Assembly (NCBI RefSeq): GCF_009834535.1
Contig: NC_045696.1
Coordinates: 113,338,001-113,402,000, forward strand
Reading direction: 5' to 3'
Length of the DNA: 64,000 nucleotides
DNA from: Camelus ferus
Taxonomy: Eukaryota
A model generated the notes under the pieces. The model was not told the DNA's origin and ran no database searches. It saw only the letters and a list, made by a program, of their open reading frames with translations. This document shows positions 26,201 through 38,681 of this stretch, piece by piece. Both the position numbers and the translations under genes were made by a program. Position 1 is the first letter of the stretch, and each line of letters opens with the position of its first letter.

Positions 26201-28120
26201 TCATATCAAAAAGGATGAAATCTCTAGGAACAAATCGAACTAAGGAGGTAAAATATCTGCTCCTGGAAAACTACAAAACACTCATGAAAGAAATTGAAGA
26301 TAACACAGATGACAAGATATATGACATTTGTGGATTAGAGGAATTAATACTGTTAAAATGACCACACTAACCAAGGTGACCTACAGACTTGAAGCAATCC
26401 CTATCAAAATATTGATGGCATTAGAACAAATAATTCTAAAATTTTTATGGAAAACGAAAAGACCCCAAATAGTCAAACCAAACTTGAGAAAGAACAAAGC
26501 TGGAGGCATGATGTTCCCTGATTTCAAGCTATATCACAAAGCTACACTTATCAAAACAGTATTGTACTGGCACAAAAACGGACAAATAGATCAATGGAAC
26601 AGAGTAGAGAGCCCAGAAATAAACCCACACACTTACTGGCAGCTAATCTATGGCAAAGGAGGAAAGCATATACAATGGGGAAAAGACAGCCTCTACAATA
26701 AGACTTACAGCTACATGCAAAAGAATGAAACTGGACTACTTTCTTACACCATGCACAAAAATAAATTCAAAATGGATTAAAGACTTAAATGCAAGACCTG
26801 AAAGAAGAAAGACCTCCTAGAAGAAAACATAGGCGGTAAGCTCTTTGACATCAGTCTTTGTAATATTTTTTTGGATGTATCTCCTCAGGAAAGAGAAACA
26901 AAAGCAAAAATAAACAAATGGGACTACATCAAACTTAAAAGCTCTTGCACAGTGAAGGAAACTATTAACAAATGAAAAAGCCACCCACCAAATGGGAGAA
27001 GATATTTGCAAACAAGGTATCCAATAAAGGGTTAATATTCAAAATATACAAGAATACATACAACTCAATATTTAAAAAAACAAGCAACCCAATTTAAAAA
27101 TGGGCAGAGGATCTGAATACACGGTTTTCCAAAGAAGACATACAGATGGCCAAAAGGCACATGAAAAGATGCTCAATATCATTAATCATCACGAACTGCA
27201 AACCAAAACCACAATGTGATATCACCTCACACCTGTCAGAATAGCTATTATCCAAAAGACAGCAATCACAAATGTTGACAAGGATGTGGAGAAAAGGGAA
27301 CTCTCATGTACTCTTGGTGGGAATATAAATTGGAGCAGCCACTCTGGAACACAGTATGGAGATTCCTTAAATTTTTTTAAATAGAACTAATATATGACCC
27401 AGCAATTCCACTTTTGGGTATTTACTCAAAGAAAATAAAAGCACTAATTAGAAAAAAATATATGCACCCCTATAGTCATTGCAGCATTATTTATGATAGC
27501 CTTGGCTATTGTATGGAAGCAACCCAAGTGCCCATCAATAGATCAATAGACAAAGAAGATGTGGTGTACACATATACAAAATGGAATATTACTCAGCCAT
27601 GAAAAGAATGAAATCTTGCCATTTGCGACCACTTGAATGGACCTAGAGGATATTATGCTAAGTGAAATAAGTCAGAGAAAGACAAATACTGTGTGATTTC
27701 ACTTATATGTGGAATCTAACAAAAAACAAATGAACAAACAAAACAAGACAAAAACAGAGTTACACAGAGAAAAAACAACTAGTTTACAGAAGGGAGGTGG
27801 TGGGGGAGGAATGAAATAGGTGAGGGAGATTAAGAGGTACAAACTTGCAGTTATAAGATACATAAGTACTAAGGATGTAATGTAAATATAATTAACACTG
27901 CTACATGTTATATATGAATGCTGTTAAGAGCATATCCTAAGGGTTCTCAACACAAAGAAAAATTTGTTTTCTACTTCTTTAATTTTGTATCTATGTGAGA
28001 TGATGGATGTTCACTTAGTTTACTGTGATAATCATTTCATGATGTATGTAAGTCAAATCACTACGCTGTGCACCTTAAACTTACACAGTGCTGTATGTCA
28101 ATTATATCTCAAAAAAACTG
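23226..28120 (+). mobile_element. Internally deleted L1 (5'UTR fused to the ORF2 RT region, intact 3' end)
   Basis: 5'UTR 'caagatggcagaggaggaagaccctgagctcacctcc' runs to ~23836, followed directly by ORF2 FTGEFYQT...KLFQK...LPNSF. Decayed ORF2 resumes at 25525. TSD-like aaagacatgaacatt / aagaaaatgaacatt. Confidence 0.85.
24038..25520 (+). mobile_element. Younger 5'-truncated L1 nested in the previous L1
   Basis: ORF2 C-terminal part, 3'UTR and A tail. The host ORF2 ('ggtaaac...gcagaaatcctcaac') is continuous across it. Confidence 0.9.
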
Positions 28121-28649
28121 AAAGAAAATGAACATTTCTTACATAATTACAGTATCATTCCTAATAAAACTATCAAAACTCAATAACTCTCAGAACATAA
28201 TCCAATTTCCTTAGTTGTCTTAAAAATTCCTCTTACAGCTGGTTTGTTTGAATCAGAGTGCAGTTTCAATACATTACTTTTCGTTGTTATTTCTCTTGAG
28301 TTTCTTTTAATCTAAAGGGAACACACACACACATTCACACTCACCATTTCTCCCTGTGATTTCTCCCTGTGATTTGTAGAAACCATATAGTAATCCTGTC
28401 AAATGCCTCAAATCCCAAATATGTCCATTTGTTCCCCTGAAGTGTCACATGAATCCATTCCTCTATCAGCCATATCTCCTGTAATTGGAAGGTAGTTTTA
28501 GAAATTTGTTAGATTCAGTTTCATCTTTTTTGTCAACAACATTTCACAGATGGACTGTAGTTCCTAAAGCATTACATCGGGAGGTGCCCAGTGTCTGGTG
28601 GTCCCAGTTCCACCCACCAATGATCAATGCATGAAGGGAGGGGGCAAGT

Positions 28650-30130
28650 GGTTGTAAAAATGAGTATATTCTGTAACTTGTGTTTTTCTACTTACCAGTG
28701 AGTTGAGATTTATCAATGCTGACACCTACATTAGTTATTTCATACACATCTGGTTATTTTATTTTAATTAGTATATAGTATTCTATTGCATGAAGAAAAC
28801 ACATTTTATTTATCCATTCTCTTAAAAAAGAGGATAGATCCTATTCTTTTATCAAAAACCATTGCAATGGATATCCTTATGCAAGTTTCTGTGTGCATAT
28901 GCGCAAGTTCCTCTATCGTCTGGGGCAAGGATTAGGAAATTTTTTCTATGAAAGGACAAAGAGTCAATACGGCTTTGTGGGCCAATGGTCTCTGTTGGAA
29001 CTATTCTGTTTTTGTAGAAAACAGCCACAGACAACATAAAAATGAATGAGCATGGCTGTGTTCCAATAAAAGTTTAGTTACAAAAACAAGTGGTGAGCCA
29101 GTCTTGGCCAGGGGGTGTGGGAGGGCATCACTTGCTGACCCCTGGTGTAGAGCATACCTAGAAGTGGAAAACAGAATGTGTTCATTTTCTATTTTCCACT
29201 TTCAGGAGTACGTTCATCTTCAACTTTGTCAGGTATTACCAGTTTCTTTCTCCAAACTATACATACATACATACATATATATATATTTGTACTCCCTTCA
29301 GCAACGTGTAACAGTAACTGTTTCTCCACATCCTTGTTGATAATAGGTGTTATCAAACTTCTTAATTTTCAGCCAATATGATGGGTATGAAATGGTATTT
29401 TATTAATGTTTCAATTTTCGTAAGTCCATTTGCAAATGTGGTTGGAACTTTTCCATATGTGTATTGGCTATTCTTGTTCCTCTTCTCTGAATTACCTGTT
29501 CATATTCTTTACCTATTCTTCTACTGAGTTGTTTGCCTTTTTCTTATTAATTTGTGCTCTTTGTATAGTCTAGATTCTATTCTTCTGTTGGTTATGTGCA
29601 TTGCAAATAACTTCTCCTAGTACAAGCTTGCCTTTGCTCATAGAATCATTGGTTTATTTGCTTTCATGCACATGGATGTACTATTGCTTCCTTGGGGGGT
29701 GGGGTGTGTGTGTGTGTGTGAGTGTGAGTGTGGGTGTTGGTACTGGCTGGGTATCTGTCCTTTTTACACTTTATGTAAGAAATCCTTCCCTACTCAAATA
29801 TCATAAAATTTTTCTATGTTTTCTTCAAATGTTTCCTTTCAATATTTAGGTTTCGTGCATCTGGAATTTATTTCTGCATATGCTGTGAGGTATTTGCCTA
29901 ATTTTATCTCACCTGGCATGAGCCCCTTTACAGATAGTTCATCTGTGGGTTCCCCACTGGTTTTCACTGCTACCTTTGACTTACTACAAGTTCCCACACG
30001 TTGCGGGTGCACTTCTAGACTCTGAATGCTGCTTTTTCAGCCTGGTTATCTATCCCGAGTCCAACACTACACCACTCTCATCCAACAGTTTTATAAGTAG
30101 TCTTACTATCAGGTAGGATAAACCTGGTCT
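28650..30130 (-). mobile_element. Old L1 (L1ME-like) remnant
   Basis: 'tttatttatccattct', 'tttctccacatccttg', 'tattggctatt' are reverse-strand L1 motifs. Confidence 0.6.
28926..29144. mobile_element. MER58A-like hAT MITE
   Basis: 'gagcatggctgtgttccaataaaa', terminus 'ttgctgacccctg', with 8-bp flanks gtctgggg / gtgtagag resembling the hAT NTCTAGAN target. Confidence 0.75.
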
Positions 30131-30471
30131 TTATCCTTTCTCTTCCATAAGAATTTTAGATAAATCCCAATTTAAAACTAGGAAACTTTCTAGGTTTAGA
30201 AAGTCTAAGTCACTTTCTCAAGACCCCATGGTTAGTAAAGAGTGAAGATGGCATTTAAAGCCATGCAGACTGATTTCAAAGCCCAGATTCTAGCCACTAC
30301 ACCTACCACACCGCTTCCACATTTTAGCTTATGAAATGGTAGAAAGAGCTGGATTAAACGTCAGTAAACCTTGGGCTCTATACTTCGCTTTTCTACAGAC
30401 AAATGCTTAGAGAACTCTTTGGACCAAGTTTCCTCATCTGCAAAATGGTTATAAAAATAACTTGTCTCACA

Positions 30472-31002
30472 GGCACCCCAATGTTCACAGCAGCACTAGT
30501 TAGTTACAAGAGCCAAGACACGGAGGAACTCAATGTCCATTGACAGATGACTGGATAAAGATGTGAGGTACATATACATATACAACAGAATAGCACTCAA
30601 CCATGAAAAAGAATGAAATAATGCCATTTGCAGCAACATGGATGCACCTAGAGATGATCATATTAAGTGAAGTAAGTCAGACAAAGAAAGATAAATATCA
30701 TATGATATCACTTATATGTGAAATCTAAAAAAAAAAAAAAAATGAAGCAAATCATATTTAAAAACCAAAAAAAAGACTCACAGACACAGAAAACAAACTA
30801 CAGTTACCAAAGGGGAAAGGGCAGGGGAGGGATAAATTAAGAGTTTGGGATTAACAGATACACACTACTATATATAAAACAGATAAACAACAAGAACCTA
30901 ATGTATAGCACACAGAACTATATTCAATTTCTTTTAGTAACATACAATGGAAAAGAATCTGAAAATACATATAGTAAGTATATGTATAAGTGAACCACCT
31001 TG
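30472..31002 (+). mobile_element. L1 3' fragment lacking its terminal tail
   Basis: Homologous to 24930-25440; follows a MIR core at ~30420-30470. Confidence 0.85.
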
Positions 31003-31849
31003 CCAAAGTTAAGATTTTTGCACAGTAAACTAGTTTTTTCTATATTTTTCTGTGTAAAATCAATTTTTAAATCTCTTTAAAATTGCATATAGGTCTTCTA
31101 TACTACATCTCTTTGAATGTAGATTTGCGAATCTTCAGGGAAATTATTTTGCTTTTCTTGAGGTCAAAATGGAAGTATGGGTAAAACAGTCATTAAAATT
31201 ATTCTGCCTCTAAGGATAATAAAGAAAATATTCCAGAATTTATGGGAGTCCCAGTGTTGCTTCAAGATCATAATCAGTCCCATACCCTACAGGAAGCCCA
31301 TCCTACAGGAAACTGGGCACAAACGAGGAAGAAAAAATTTCTCTAATATAAAAGCAAACTCCAGATGTGCACAGCAAGTTGAGAAAGTGTGAGTAAGACA
31401 TTCAACTGTTTTGAAGTCAATTATCTTTCGGGAAACACTTCGAAGGAAGTCCTTAACTGCGGCTTCTCGTAATAGAGTTAAGCTGAGCCAAACGAAAACC
31501 AAAGTATCTGACATTGGATTTAAGTCTGCATTTCTTCCTTTATTTCTTTCCCAACTTCTGCTCATCCAGAAATAAATGAGCTGCTATAAAATAAATCAGA
31601 AAAGTAAAATGAAATAAAGCTTAGTTTTTCATGGTCCTCAGGATAGAACACAGAAATATGTGGGCTGGTTTGGGCTTGAGTATAGTTGAGAGATCGGTTT
31701 ACATCTCCCTAAGTCTTATTTTTGTCTGTCCATCTAATTTTGCTTTATTAATAGATGTTGTCTTAACTTGGATTATCCCAGAGGCAGCACCCAAGCCAAG
31801 AATACAGGTGCAAGTTATTTATCAAGGAAATTCTCCAAGGGGAAACCTG

Positions 31850-33720
31850 TAAGAGAAAGGAAAACAAGCTACCTGTCAACAGTTTCACAAAATCGGGAAG
31901 ATAAAACCTGGAATTCACAACTATCAAGTAAACATCCCCAAATTGAATTAGGACCTCTAAAGGCTTACACCCTAAGGTAAAAATTGAACTTACCAAGGCT
32001 TTTACAAACACTGAAATCCAACCTCAAGTCAACTAATGACTAAAAACAATGTACCCCTATTTTAACAAAAAAAAAAACTTTTGACAAAGACACCATCAAT
32101 CAAGCAGCTATAATTTTTTATATGTAATGTCTGGCAATTAAATGAAAATTTTCATGTATGCCAACAGACAGGCCCACGAGAAAAAAAAAAAGGCAAGAGA
32201 AACAGACCAACAGATGATCCAGAGACCAGAGTCAACAGTCACGGGCTTTAAAATAAAACATAAAGATAAAGTAGGAGATATCTGGTCCACTCCATCCACT
32301 AATGAATCCTGCATCCCAAAGAAATACTTTAAACACTTTCAACTCTTTCTTCTAATATTTACTTCCATGTTCTCAAATGATGTGCCCATGTTGCTATTTC
32401 TGAATTTATGCATGTTAGTTACTATCTATTGACCTCCTATTACGGTTGACACAATTTCAGCTCTCGAAATTTCAACTTTCCTGCCTTGCAAACGTCTCTC
32501 ACATCCCTCATTCCTTTCCCTCCTCTCATAGAACAGTTACAACCAATACATGGTTAAATCAACATTCAGGGTTTATTTTATTAGGGTTATATGAATATTG
32601 ATTTCTACTGAGCCAATTATTGTACTGTAATTCCTTTCATGTACAACTTCTAGTTTTCCAGCCGTTAATAAATGACTTATTATTCATTTACATATGTATT
32701 TTTTATTCTTATGAGTTCCCCCCTGAAGCACCCCAATAAATTTATAAAACCTCTATCAATAGTATTTTTTACATAGTCAGATGCATACGGTTACTTATTA
32801 GTTCCAACTTTATTTGCTTAGAAACTTCCTTCCTAACATCTTCCATAGCCTCCTGCTCAAAAGTGTGCTGGCTGCTTTCAAGGCCACTGCACAGCTGTAA
32901 GCTCAAGACATCATTAATTATAAAATTAGAAATTCTTTTATTGATCTGTTATCCTGAACCCCACATTTCCTGGGTCCATGGTCTTGGTCCACTCCCTTGC
33001 TTTGGTATACCTGCTAAGAAATTATACATTAGAAATAAAATGCTTAAGGCTCCACGTGTCTGAAAATGACCTTATCCTCCCTCTCACAATTGACTGAGAA
33101 GCGTTGGTGTGCATAGGATTCTAGTTAGAATGTTATTTCCTTCAGAATTTTGAAGACCCTCCTCCACTGTCTTCTAGTTTCCAGAAATCTTATTCCTGGG
33201 AGGAAGGGTATAGCTCAGTGGTACAGCATGTTCTTAGCAAGCATGAGGTCCTGGGTTCAATCCCTAGTACCTCCCTTAATAAATAAATAAACCTAATTAT
33301 CTCCTTCCTCTCACCAATTTTTTTAAAAAATGTTTAATATTACTCCCAATTCTTTATATGTGACTTCTTTTTAAAATCTCTCAAACCTTCTAGGATCATC
33401 TCTTTATTCATGATATTTCAAAATTTTATAATGATACGCACCAGTCAGGATTGTGCTTAAATTCACATGTGCTTAAATTCACGTTATGCCCTTCACTTCT
33501 GAGAAACTATCTTGAATTATCTCTTTTATAAGTTTCTTCCCATTAAAACTCTTATCAAATTTTCATTATCAATTTCTGGACCTCCTGAAAAGATCTGCAA
33601 TTTTTTTGACCTGCAGGACACACCAACTTGCTTCTCCTAGTCCCGACATAAAGGAGTTTGCCCATTTCTTATTCTCCTTATTGCTTTGAGGTGATTTTGT
33701 AAGAGAGGATGGAACTGAAA
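31850..33720. mobile_element. Degenerate old L1 fragments in mixed orientation
   Basis: Weak L1 5'/ORF1-region similarity, e.g. 'ttatttccttcagaattttgaag...ctccactgtcttctag'. Confidence 0.45.
33198..33330 (+). mobile_element. tRNA-Ala-derived SINE (long-tail form)
   Basis: gggtatagctcagtggta...gggttcaatccctagtacctcc followed by aataaataaataaacctaatta. Confidence 0.9.
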
Positions 33721-34118
33721 TATTTTACTCTGCTCTCTTTAAATTGGGAATTACTATATTGCTTTTTAAAAAGCACAAAAGCAAAAGAAATATTTCAGTT
33801 AACCTTCCGATGTAGGGTCCAATTCTACATATTACGGGAGAAAGAACTACCATACAACAGCAGCCAAGGAGACTCTGTCACAAGGACTGTTACATACTGC
33901 CCAACTCTTCAAAAATCTTCCCATTTCTCATGGCTTTACTTATGACAAAATCTAGGGGGAAATTTAAAGAAATACTAATTTCTCTACCGATTTAGAAAAT
34001 CAGACGCTATCTTCAGGCTACTGCAGCCCTGAGATTAAAGGTATTTATCAAAAATCATAAAGCACACTCAAGAAAGCCTAGAGGTAGGGAACTGCTAGAA
34101 ATCCACCTGACTCAGTTT

Positions 34119-34258
34119 TTTGTTTGTTTTGTTTTGTTTTATGAGAGAGAGGTAATTAGGTTTATTTATTTATTTCTATTTGGAGGAAGTACTGGGGATT
34201 GAACCCAGGACCCCATGCATGCTAAGCATGCACTCTACCACTGAGCTATACCCTCCCC
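34119..34258 (-). mobile_element. tRNA-Ala-derived SINE (long-tail form)
   Basis: Intact A and B boxes on the minus strand. TSD cacctgactcagttt (34104-34118) / cacttgactcagttt (34262-34276). Confidence 0.92.
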
Positions 34259-34329
34259 TGACACTTGACTCAGTTTTGACTAGACCAAGAGCAAATATGG
34301 TTGGGGTAGACTTTTTAAAGGTACATAAT

Positions 34330-35486
34330 AAAAACTTAAACATAAGACAAGACACTATAAACCTCCTAAAAGGAAACATATGCAAAACATTCTCTGACAT
34401 AAATCTTAGCAATGTTCTCCTATGGCAGTCTACCCAGGCAATAGAAATATAAGCAAAAATAAGCAAATGGGACCTAATTAAACTTATAAGCTTTTGCACA
34501 GCAAAAGAAACTATAAAAAAAGAAAAAGAAAAGACAACCTATGGAATGGGAGAAAATATTTGCAAATGATACAATTGATAAGGGTTTAATTTCCAGAATA
34601 TATAAACAGCTCATACAACTTAATAACAAACAAACAAACAAAAAAATCACTAATCCAAAAATGGGCCAAAGACCTAAACCAAGCATTTCACCAATGAAGA
34701 CATACAAATGGCTAACAGGCACATGAAAAAATGCTCAGTATTGCTAATTACCGGAGAAATGCAAATCAAAACTACAATGAGGTATCACCTCACACCAGTC
34801 AGAGTGGCCATCATTAAAAAGTCCACAAACGATAAATGCTGGAGAGGGTGTGGAGAAAAGGGAACCCTCCTACACTGTTGGTGGGAATGTAAATTGCTGC
34901 AGCCACTATAGAGGATAGTATGGAGGTTCCTTAAAAAACCAAAAATAAACTTACCATATGATCCAGCAATCCCACATCTGAGCATATATCCAGAGGAAAC
35001 TCTAATTCGAAAACATACATGCACCCCAATGTTCATAGCATCACTATGAACTATGTTCATAGCAGTTACAATAGCCAAGACATGGAAGCAACCTAAATGT
35101 TCAACAGATAACAGATGACTGGATAAGGAAGTCATGGTATATTTATACAATGGAATTCTACTCAGCCATAAAAAAGAATAAAATAATGCCATTTGCAGCA
35201 ACATGGATAGACCTGGAGATTATCATTCTAAGTGAAGTAAGCCAGAAAGAAAGAAAAATATCATATGATATCACTATATATGAAATCTTAAAAAAAAATG
35301 ACACAAACGAACCTATTTATAAACCAGAAATAGACTCACAGACATAGAAAACAAACTATGGTTACCAAAGAGGAAAGGGGTGGGGGAGAGGGATAAATAG
35401 ATAAACAACGAAGATCTACTGTAAAGCACAGGGAACTATATTCAGTATCTTACAATAACCTATAATGAAGAAGAATCTGAAGAAGA

Positions 35487-35532
<46 letters not shown>

Positions 35533-35610
35533 TCCTGAATCACTTTGCTGTATACCTGAAACTAACACAACATTGTAAATCAACTATACTTCAATAAATA
35601 AATAATAAAA
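34330..35610 (+). mobile_element. Young 5'-truncated L1 (~1.3 kb)
   Basis: Closely similar to 24260-25500; decayed ORF2 C-terminus ([20 protein letters not shown]), 3'UTR and A-rich tail. Confidence 0.92.
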
Positions 35611-35827
35611 CAACAGACAATAGGAATGATTTTGAGCAGATGTAGGGTAACTATTTATTTTGTCATCCAAATTATTTTGAGAGTTAAAGAGGTTATTATT
35701 AATTACTATGCCAGGACAACAGATATAAACCAAGACCATCAAGACTACCCCATGCAAACCAGAATAGGCATTTGAGCAGAAAGACAAAGAAATGAGAGCC
35801 GTTCTTTAAAATAATTAACAGGATACT

Positions 35828-36298
35828 GTATCAGTTACCTACTGCTGTGTAACACGCCATCCCAAAATTTAGTGGCTTAAGACAGCAATAGTTCATTAGC
35901 TCAAAATTCAGTGAGTTGGCAACTTGGACCACACCCAGCTGGACAGGTCTTCTATTCTTGCCTATCCTCATGCCTGTGGCTGTCATCAGCTGCACCTGCC
36001 ACTGAGTCTAGACTAGCCTAGCTCTGGGGGTGGTGGTACTGCATGCCCATGAATTGTGCGTCTCCAATAGGCTGGCCAAGCTTTTTTCCATGGTAGCAGA
36101 AGGGGTCCCAGCAGCAAAAGAGGGCACGTCCCAACAAGCAAGCCATTTTCAAGTCTCTATTTGGGGTGCATTTGCTATTGACTCACTGGCCAAGGCAGGT
36201 CACATAGCGAACCCCAGAGTCAGTGTGGGAGAGGACCCCTCACAGCCTGGATGGAGGGAGGGGAATTTTGCTGGCAATTCTGTAAACATTCCACCACA
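35828..36298. mobile_element. MLT1-family LTR
   Basis: 'tgtatcagttacctactgctgtgtaaca...ttagtggcttaa' start and 'ccaccaca' end. Confidence 0.7.
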
Positions 36299-36384
36299 AG
36301 TAATAGTGTCTGAGTTGATCTGAAGGAGTAAGACTAGACATGGAGACAACAATCCAAGGACAGTTGTGATAAGGATCACATCCC

Positions 36385-36600
36385 CTAACATTTATTGAGC
36401 ATTTATTATGTTCAAGGCACTCTACATGTATTATCACATGTAATTCTCACATATCCCTATGAAGTAGTCATTATTATGTCCATTTTTCGGATGAAGAAAC
36501 TGAGGCTTAGAGAAACTCAGTAACTTTAGCCAAGGTAAGAAGAGGTTGAGCTGGAATTCAAACACAATTAACCAAGGCTCAGCACACCAGGCCATACTGC
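36385..36600 (-). mobile_element. MIR
   Basis: 'aacatttattgagcattta...gatgaagaaactgaggcttagag'. Confidence 0.8.
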
Positions 36601-38681
36601 CAGCTCTCCACCAGCTGATGTGCACAATACAACAAGAGCCTGAGGTAGAGAGTTGGCAGTGACGGAGAGCAGGAGGGTTTGAGAAGTAAAATCAGTGCAA
36701 CTTACTCACGAATTGGATGTGGGAGTTAAAAAAGAAGGGTGACTCAGAGATGACTCTGATTTCAAACCAGCATGGCTAGGGAAAACATGTGAAACCGGAT
36801 GTTGTGACTGAGACCCTGAGCTGTGGGCGCTCTCAGATGCCAAAGGTAGACGTGTGAAACAGATCAGCTAGACACACACTTTCAAAAAAAAAAAAAATAG
36901 CAGTTATAAAACTGGGTAATCGCCATTCAGATCAAGAATATAAAAGAATCAAGAGAGTGGAAATTTGAGAAGACTTTTTTGAGGATGAATGTGGGAAGGG
37001 AAGACACCCTTCATCCAAAGCCCAATGACCAGAACTTCTAGGGTCTCACTCAGAGACTCTGACGTGTGATTCTGGCAGGTAAAAGACACGGGGCTTGAGC
37101 TTCAGATTCTGCAAAAGCAAATCAGAGCATCCTGTGGCTACAGAGTAGTATCGTAGCTGGATGATGACTGACCCTCCTCAGATCAGAGATGTGTGTCCTG
37201 GGGACCAGATGTGGAACCTGTAGCAGGAACCTGAGCCTGGGGCCACTGTAAAAGGAATCTTGCCCTAGAGGGTGGCCTTCCAGGCCAAAGTCGCCCAGAA
37301 AGCCTAGAGTAGAGGATACACCATGGAGGCAGAAGTCAAGATAGAACCAGTAGCTACCAATCTATGGAGAAGCAGCTTCGCATCACAGGGTAACAGTGGG
37401 GCCCAGAAGGGATCTGCAGGAGTCCACAGAGTGTCCACGAGAAAAGCCAGATTTAAACATCTGTCCACCCAGAAAGCAGGAAGCCACCTCACGCAGTGCC
37501 TGTTAAGTACGCATGTACCTGTTGCTTACTTCTCCTTTCCGGTCTCCTTCCATTCTCACGAAGTCAGGAACAGCAGCTGGTGCAGTGAGGAGGAGGTGAG
37601 GGAGGAAAAGGGGAAGCTGAGCATACCCCTGACCCACACGACCCACCCAGAGCTGGCCCTCCCTGGGGAAGAAGTGCGTGAATGAAACTGACATGTTAAT
37701 AACCAGGTGTTCTGATTTCTGTATCAAAGCTGTGTTTTGTAACTTAGGGCTTTCTATTATCTAAGAATGAAGGGAAGAATGATTGACCTCCCTTATCTGT
37801 TGGCAGAAGATGGATACCCCTTTTGAAGGGCTTAAAAGGAACATTAAGTGGTGAAAATAAGTCTTAGATATGTACTCTACACGGGTGCCCATTCAACACA
37901 TCGTTTAAGAGAAATGAGGAAGTAAACACAGCTGATTTCAAGAGTAAAAAAAAAAAAATTATGGAAGTGAGATTGCATCTTAGAAGAGAGATTAAGAACC
38001 AAGACGGAAAATTTAATGTCATACTACAGCAGTCTTGATGGAAGACCGCTGGACCAGTGAGCTCCCCTGAGCACAGGAATAGCCATTTGCAGTGTGACCA
38101 GTCTGCTTGCTCTCAAGTCTCTGTCCAGCCACGCCAAGACTAGAGGCAGCCATGCCTGGGCACTGTGACGTAAGTAAAACGGGCAGCTTGGTACACTGGT
38201 AGGAAATGTAATGGGCCAGCAAAGCAGGAAAGAATCAAAGAATCAAAGGTGAAGACGTCACAATGAGGATGCAAAGAAAAGCCAGCGGAAGTGAGGATGA
38301 GAGGAGTGGAAAACAGGCAACTTCAGTTCTGGATCCTGAGGGCAACTCCACTTCAAGTGATGATGAGACTGACCTGGAGGATACAGGGCACAGAATACAA
38401 AACTGAGCTTTCGTGGGTGCAAAGGAGCCACCAGAAAGAATGCCAGAGTCACCTAACACTGTGCCAGGAGGTTGGGCAAGGAAAAAGATCATTTTTGGTT
38501 TGTAAGCTGGCCTCTTTTACATGGAGGGCAAGGAGAGATGGAAGATGGGGACCCCTCCAGATGGGAAGGTGGCAAGAGAACTCACACAGGGGGCCTGTCT
38601 TGGGTTCCACAAGATGAGCAGATCTCTACACCCACCAGAATCTTAAAAGTGTATATATAGCAATACACACACACACACACG

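Larger units (their letters stand above)
23010..28620 (-). mobile_element. Old L1MC-like 3' end, split by the insertion at 23226-28120
   Basis: 23010-23225 and 28130-28620 read as one contiguous old L1 3'UTR once the insert and TSD are removed. Confidence 0.55.

Noticed and set aside
25749..26780. RT-like ORFs as an active retroelement
   Set aside because: ORF2 is broken by many stops, frameshifts and a nested insertion.
28346..33483. Short tandem duplications (13 bp x2 at 28346, 16 bp x2 at 33452) as an array or CRISPR-like repeat
   Set aside because: Only two adjacent units with no spacers; ordinary slippage duplications in a eukaryotic genome.
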